DNA from: an uncultured Verrucomicrobiae bacterium
GTDB lineage: Bacteria; Verrucomicrobiota; Verrucomicrobiia; Chthoniobacterales; UBA10450
Direction: 5' to 3'
Length of the DNA: 64,000 nucleotides
Assembly (NCBI GenBank): GCA_963772365.1
Contig: CAVYXA010000006.1
Span: 32,001-96,000, forward strand
Under the pieces are notes generated by a model that was not told the origin of the DNA, did no database searches, and saw nothing but the letters and a program-made list of their open reading frames with translations. Below, one piece after another: positions 59,630 through 64,000 of this stretch (its first letter is position 1; each line of letters opens with the position of its first letter). The position numbers and the translations under genes are program-made.

Positions 59630-61189
59630 TTATTTTGCGAGAACAGCCGGAAGTCCGTCACGCGATGGGTGAGTTTCCGCGGCAGAATGCATTGAGATCT
59701 GCCGGCGCGGTTTTAGCATCAGCCAAAGATTGATCAGCTCACATTTCCACCAGCGCCGGAGACCTTTGGCGAATTGCTTGCAGACGCGCAGCTCGGGGAC
59801 GAATCCCGGAAAATATTCCGACCAACCCGAGTTCCGGCGTCCGAAATATCCGGCAAGCCACCGCCGATTCGCCAGCGCGGCGAGGCGACGGTTATAAAAA
59901 CTCATGATTTTCGACGCAATCCAGCCTCCCCAACCTGTGAACGGCAGATGGAGAAATGCGCAGTTTGGGTCGCGATAGGCCGATGTCACCAGGCCCAAAT
60001 AATATGCGCTCACATCGAGCAGCAGCGCTGCCGACATCAAATCCGCGTCGCCCATATAATAATACTTGTCCTTGTAGAGACTCTCGAACCAGCGGCGATA
60101 CGTCACCGGGAATTGCTCGTTGTAATGGCGAAGCCGGTCTGCAATATCTTCGCCATTCAAATCTTTCACCAGAAAATCGGCGACGTAAAAGGAAGTGTAG
60201 GAACATAAATCCAGTCCCGGACTGTAAAGAGGATCGATAAATCCGGTCGCGTCCCCGACCGCCGCCCAACCCTTGCCGCAAACCGTTTCGCTGTGATATG
60301 GCAACATCGAAAGCGCGCGGATATCGCCTTCGATCGGGCGTGCTTCCCCAAAAAATTCCCGACCGACCGGGTGACCGATGATATGCGCCTGCAACCGCTC
60401 GCTCAGTTTTGCGCCTTCCGGCAGTTTGAACAAGCGGCTATCATAAACGATTCCCGCGCTCACATCGCCGCCTTGCAGCGGAATGATCCAGACCCACCAA
60501 CCGCGACCGAACAAATGATTGGTAGCCCACTCCCGACTCGCGATGCAGCGCTTCGCATATCGGGGAAAACGTTCGCTCGTTTCGTAGCCATCCCATTGTT
60601 TCACGCCAGTGAAGCGGGCCCAGACTGCATTGATCGGATGCTCGGTGTTGGGACGGAAATAACCTAGCTTGCGCGAGATTATCGCAGCCCGGCCGGTGGC
60701 ATCGACGATCCAGCGTGAAGTTACAGTGCGTTCGGCATCATCGACAACGGCAGTCACGTTTTGGCCTTTCGCGCCATTCAATTCAAACGCGGTTACTTTC
60801 GCAGCTCGCCACACTTCGCATCCGGCTTGGGCAGCTAGGTCCAGCAAATGGGAATCGAGCTTGGCCCGATCAATCTGGAAGCCCGGCATGCGGCTGTGAT
60901 AAAACGCGCCGATCTCCGTGCAATCCTCGAAAGATTGTTCCGGCCCGTTGGAAAACCAGAGGCGCAATCCCTGTTTCACCAATTGGTGGTGACCGAGATA
61001 ATGCGTTAGACCGAGAATTCGCGTAAGATAACCACTGCTCACTTCCGTGGTGGATTCGCCCACTTTTCGGTCGAACTGCGTCGTCTTTTCAATGATCAGC
61101 ACGCGCGCCTCCGGGCTTTTACGCTTCAGATTGAGAGCCGTCGCCGCGCCGGAAAACGCCCCACCGATGATCACAACATCATAGTTCAT
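59630..61189 (-). CDS. FAD-dependent oxidoreductase of the halogenase family
   Basis: GGAFSG, KVGES, LVKQG, WVWIIP, GDATGFIDPLYSPG. Confidence 0.85.
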   Translation of the reverse strand: MNYDVVIIGGAFSGAATALNLKRKSPEARVLIIEKTTQFDRKVGESTTEVSSGYLTRILGLTHYLGHHQLVKQGLRLWFSNGPEQSFEDCTEIGAFYHSRMPGFQIDRAKLDSHLLDLAAQAGCEVWRAAKVTAFELNGAKGQNVTAVVDDAERTVTSRWIVDATGRAAIISRKLGYFRPNTEHPINAVWARFTGVKQWDGYETSERFPRYAKRCIASREWATNHLFGRGWWVWIIPLQGGDVSAGIVYDSRLFKLPEGAKLSERLQAHIIGHPVGREFFGEARPIEGDIRALSMLPYHSETVCGKGWAAVGDATGFIDPLYSPGLDLCSYTSFYVADFLVKDLNGEDIADRLRHYNEQFPVTYRRWFESLYKDKYYYMGDADLMSAALLLDVSAYYLGLVTSAYRDPNCAFLHLPFTGWGGWIASKIMSFYNRRLAALANRRWLAGYFGRRNSGWSEYFPGFVPELRVCKQFAKGLRRWWKCELINLWLMLKPRRQISMHSAAETHPSRDGLPAVLAK

Positions 61190-61231
61190 CGCCGCAGCTA
61201 ACAGGATGGACTCGGGAGGCGCTAAAGGCAA

Positions 61232-62413
61232 TCAGTTCCCAGCTCCCGCCGGCGCGATCAGTTTCAAATAAACATCCTCGAGCCGCCGGACTTGCACGAG
61301 GAGATCGAATTTTTCGCGGACAGATTCCGCTCCGTTTCGAGCCAATTGCGCGAGAAATTGTCGATCTTGCGCTGCGGTTAGCAGCGCGCGAGAAAGGGCA
61401 TCGACATCACGCTCCGGCACCAGAACGCCGCTTTCGCCATCTGCGATTGCTTCGGGAATTCCTCCATGCATCGTAGCAAACACCGGGAGACCAGTTGCCA
61501 TCACTTCCAGCATCGAGTTCGGCACTCCTTCCTGATTGCCATCTGCGCCGGTCTGGCTCGGCTGCAGAAAAATGTGCGACTGATAATAGATCTCGCGCAG
61601 TCGCTCTTGAGAAACAAAACCGGTGAAGGTAACGCGATTGTCGATCTTCAGGTCGCGCGCGAGTTTTTGCAGCTCACCGAGCATCGGACCTTCTCCCGCG
61701 ATGGTGAGCGTCGAGCCGGGATACTGCTGAGAAAAGTTCGCGAAGGCGCGCAAGGTCACCGGCAAACCTTTCTTCTCAATCAAACGGCAGGCCTGGAGCA
61801 ATCGCCATTCGGTCGCCACGGCGACGAAACTTCGTTCGCGAAATGGAAATTGATCGAGCGGGATACCTGCCCGCTGAATTGCGATCTTCGTTTCATCACA
61901 ACCAAGATCGACAACCGCCCTGCGCAAAGACTCCGAACGGACTAGAATCATCTTTGCCAATTCGAGCATTTGCCTGGTGGCTTCTCGATAGGCGGGCCTG
62001 TGCATATCGACCAAACCATCCGCGCCGTGAAAGGAGACGATCGTCGGTTTCGTCCAGGCGCGAATCAGCGGAAGCAAATGAACAGCGATGTGGCCAAAAT
62101 AAATGTGAAGCGCTTGCGCCTCGGTTTTGGTCAGGATTCGCAACAACGCATTCAGTTCCATTTGCGAAATTTGCCAGGGCATGTCGCGCAGTTTCCGGAA
62201 CCAGAAACGCCGGAATTCGTGCGTGGGCGGTTTCGGCACGATATAAACTGGCTGAAAAGGAAAAAGTTCTGCGTTTTCGCGTTTTTGCGCGATAACCACA
62301 GGCTGGACACGCTCCAGACCGGTGATCTGCCGATAGATGTGCAACATCTCCGGCTTCAAGAACGTCACGCAATAGGAGGCGACAACCGGGCGGAAATCCG
62401 ACGCAAAGTTCAA
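61232..62413 (-). CDS. GT4-family glycosyltransferase (WcaL-like)
   Basis: SFHGAD, RLIEKKG, EGVPNSMLE, HGGIPE. Confidence 0.92.
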   Translation of the reverse strand: MNFASDFRPVVASYCVTFLKPEMLHIYRQITGLERVQPVVIAQKRENAELFPFQPVYIVPKPPTHEFRRFWFRKLRDMPWQISQMELNALLRILTKTEAQALHIYFGHIAVHLLPLIRAWTKPTIVSFHGADGLVDMHRPAYREATRQMLELAKMILVRSESLRRAVVDLGCDETKIAIQRAGIPLDQFPFRERSFVAVATEWRLLQACRLIEKKGLPVTLRAFANFSQQYPGSTLTIAGEGPMLGELQKLARDLKIDNRVTFTGFVSQERLREIYYQSHIFLQPSQTGADGNQEGVPNSMLEVMATGLPVFATMHGGIPEAIADGESGVLVPERDVDALSRALLTAAQDRQFLAQLARNGAESVREKFDLLVQVRRLEDVYLKLIAPAGAGN

Positions 62414-62420
62414 GCTTTTC

Positions 62421-62492
62421 CTGTAGCGGCGGTCTGTGACCGTCGCAACCTACCCTCTGAATAATAGCGACGCTCATAGAGCGCCGCTCCAG
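62421..62492. repeat. REP doublet (REPIN-like)
   Basis: ctGTAGcggcggtctgtgaccgtcg ... cgacgctcatagagcgccgctccag in inverted orientation. Confidence 0.8.
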
Positions 62493-62497
62493 AAACC

Positions 62498-62806
62498 TCA
62501 AAACACAAACTCGAACAGCTTGATCAGCCTCCATCTTCCCGTGAGCGGGTCGTATGCGATGCTGTCCTGGGAGCTGCCGTATCGGGCCGGCGCTTTCGGA
62601 TTGAGCATCTGCAATGGATTGCCTCCACGCTGGAAGGCGCGAGGCAGCACTCCGCGGGCTTCACCTTTTCGCAACGGAGGTGGTTTCAAAGCCCCCGTCT
62701 GCGGCCCGCGCGCCGGTTTCATCGGTGCGGTGAATTGTTTAGATGATTGGGCGCTCACGGCGGCCATCGTCGCGATCAAAAACGCCAGAGTCAGATATTT
62801 TTTCAT
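62498..62806 (-). CDS. Small secreted hypothetical protein
   Basis: MKKYL signal peptide with GGAGG upstream; NPLQMLNP.AP..YG; C-terminal Phe. Confidence 0.7.
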   Translation of the reverse strand: MKKYLTLAFLIATMAAVSAQSSKQFTAPMKPARGPQTGALKPPPLRKGEARGVLPRAFQRGGNPLQMLNPKAPARYGSSQDSIAYDPLTGRWRLIKLFEFVF

Positions 62807-62875
62807 GATTTTCCCTCCTCTAAAGGCGTGCAATTTCTTGCCGGTTAAAACGCCCCGGCACAGTATTATACCTGC

Positions 62876-63847
62876 ATGGACTACCTTGAGAAGGCCAAAC
62901 GTGTGCTGGAGATAGAAATCTTCGAGCTCCAGCGATTGCGCGATCGGCTTGGCGAAGACCTCTCGCGTGCGGTGGAATTGATAAAGGAAACTGTCGATGC
63001 GCGAGGCAAGGTCATCGTGGTTGGCGTAGGGAAGTCGGGACATATTGGAAGCAAAATTGCGTCCACACTCACCAGCACTGGGTCGCCGGCGGTAGTGCTT
63101 GATTCTTCCGACGCTTTGCATGGAGACCTCGGAATGGTTTCGGATGGCGACGTCGTTCTGGCCCTGAGCGCGAGCGGGGAGACTGAGGAATTGCTGCGGG
63201 TCCTGCCGGCGATCGCGCGGTTTCAGGTGAAAATTATTGCGTTATGCGGCAATCCGAAATCGACGCTCGCCCAAAGCGCGCACATTTGTCTCGATGTAAA
63301 CATCGAGCAGGAAGCCTGTCCGCTGAATCTCGCTCCGACATCGAGCACCACAGCAATGCTCGCTCTGGGCGATGCGCTTGCCATGGTTTTGCTCGAAGCA
63401 CGCGGATTCAAAAAAGAAGACTTTGCCAAATTTCATCCCGGCGGAGTGATTGGCCGCAGTCTTCTTACCCGTGTGCGTGATGTGATGCGTCCTCGCGAAG
63501 CAATGGCCGTGGTCTCACCCAATTCGACCATTCGCGAAGTGCTTAGCGCCATGACCACTGTGCGTGCCGGCGCGGCAGTCGTTGCTGGAGAAGATCGACA
63601 ATTGCTCGGCATCTTTACGCATGGCGATTTCGTTCGCCATTTTCAATCTGACTCAAAAATCGGCGAACGTTTGGTGGCCGATCTCATGACATTCAACCCC
63701 GTTACCGTGCATCAGGATAAATTGGCGGTCGAAGTTCTGAATCTGCTCGAACGCCATCGCATCGACGACCTAGTAGTGGTAGATGATAACAACGTGCCGG
63801 TTGGCATCGTCGATTCACAGGATCTCACGCGCTTGAAAGTATTGTAG
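62876..63847 (+). CDS. kdsD: Arabinose-5-phosphate isomerase (KpsF/GutQ family, SIS plus CBS domains)
   Basis: GVGKSGHI, HGDLG, EACPLNLAPTSSTT, FHPGG, CBS pair. Confidence 0.93.
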   Translation: MDYLEKAKRVLEIEIFELQRLRDRLGEDLSRAVELIKETVDARGKVIVVGVGKSGHIGSKIASTLTSTGSPAVVLDSSDALHGDLGMVSDGDVVLALSASGETEELLRVLPAIARFQVKIIALCGNPKSTLAQSAHICLDVNIEQEACPLNLAPTSSTTAMLALGDALAMVLLEARGFKKEDFAKFHPGGVIGRSLLTRVRDVMRPREAMAVVSPNSTIREVLSAMTTVRAGAAVVAGEDRQLLGIFTHGDFVRHFQSDSKIGERLVADLMTFNPVTVHQDKLAVEVLNLLERHRIDDLVVVDDNNVPVGIVDSQDLTRLKVL

Positions 63848-63896
63848 GGCGACCGCTCCGGTTGCCGAGAAGGCAGGCGATGCGCCCGCCCTACAA
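63842..63896. repeat. GTAG-type REP doublet overlapping the kdsD stop codon
   Basis: ttGTAGggc ... gccCTACaa inverted ends. Confidence 0.75.
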
Positions 63897-63905
63897 TTTG
63901 GCTCC

Positions 63906-64000
63906 GTCATTCCGAGCGAAGTCGCCTGCCAGGCCGTAGCTTTATGCGAAGGCTGGAGGAATCCCGTTGCGCCACCCAGGGTAATATCTCGAGATCCTTC
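63906..64000. repeat. GTCATTCCGAGCGAAGTCG-family palindromic repeat with a 32-nt nested insert, truncated by window edge
   Basis: Similar to the repeat at 1-73; insert at 63925-63956. Confidence 0.65.

Noticed and set aside
61808..61828. Small palindrome inside the GT4 gene as another in-frame repeat insertion
   Set aside because: Too short to distinguish from chance, and no second copy was seen.

Overview
A 64 kb bacterial chromosomal segment. PEP-CTERM proteins, gene content and repeat families suggest Verrucomicrobiota, probably Chthoniobacterales (inference). The backbone is housekeeping: rnpB, rplM-rpsI, tRNA-Leu(TAG), tsaD, a CtpA-type protease, a tricorn protease, dsbD plus redoxins, ltaE, putA, cdsA-dxr-rseP, tdh, tatC, prepilin peptidase and kdsD. 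Four accessory features stand out. (1) A co-oriented 9.4 kb cluster (36388-45772) encodes two PEP-CTERM surface proteins with a shared promoter motif, a TMTC-like GT-C glycosyltransferase with TPRs, an alkaline-phosphatase-superfamily enzyme with TPRs, and two paralogous flavin-dependent halogenases with a C-terminal winged-helix/RRE-like domain. This is the best candidate for an undescribed surface-protein modification system. (2) The RNase P RNA gene appears to have absorbed GTAG-type REP hairpins, and its 3' end plus terminator is duplicated around toxin-antitoxin genes. (3) Many short palindromic repeats are present, including a GxxExxY gene bracketed by 22-bp inverted repeats between cdsA and dxr and a probable in-frame repeat insertion in tsaD. 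(4) A small AT-richer islet encodes unknown membrane proteins. Several genes are split by single-base indels in short homopolymer runs, most likely sequencing or assembly errors. All family calls come from reading motifs by eye; no database search was run.
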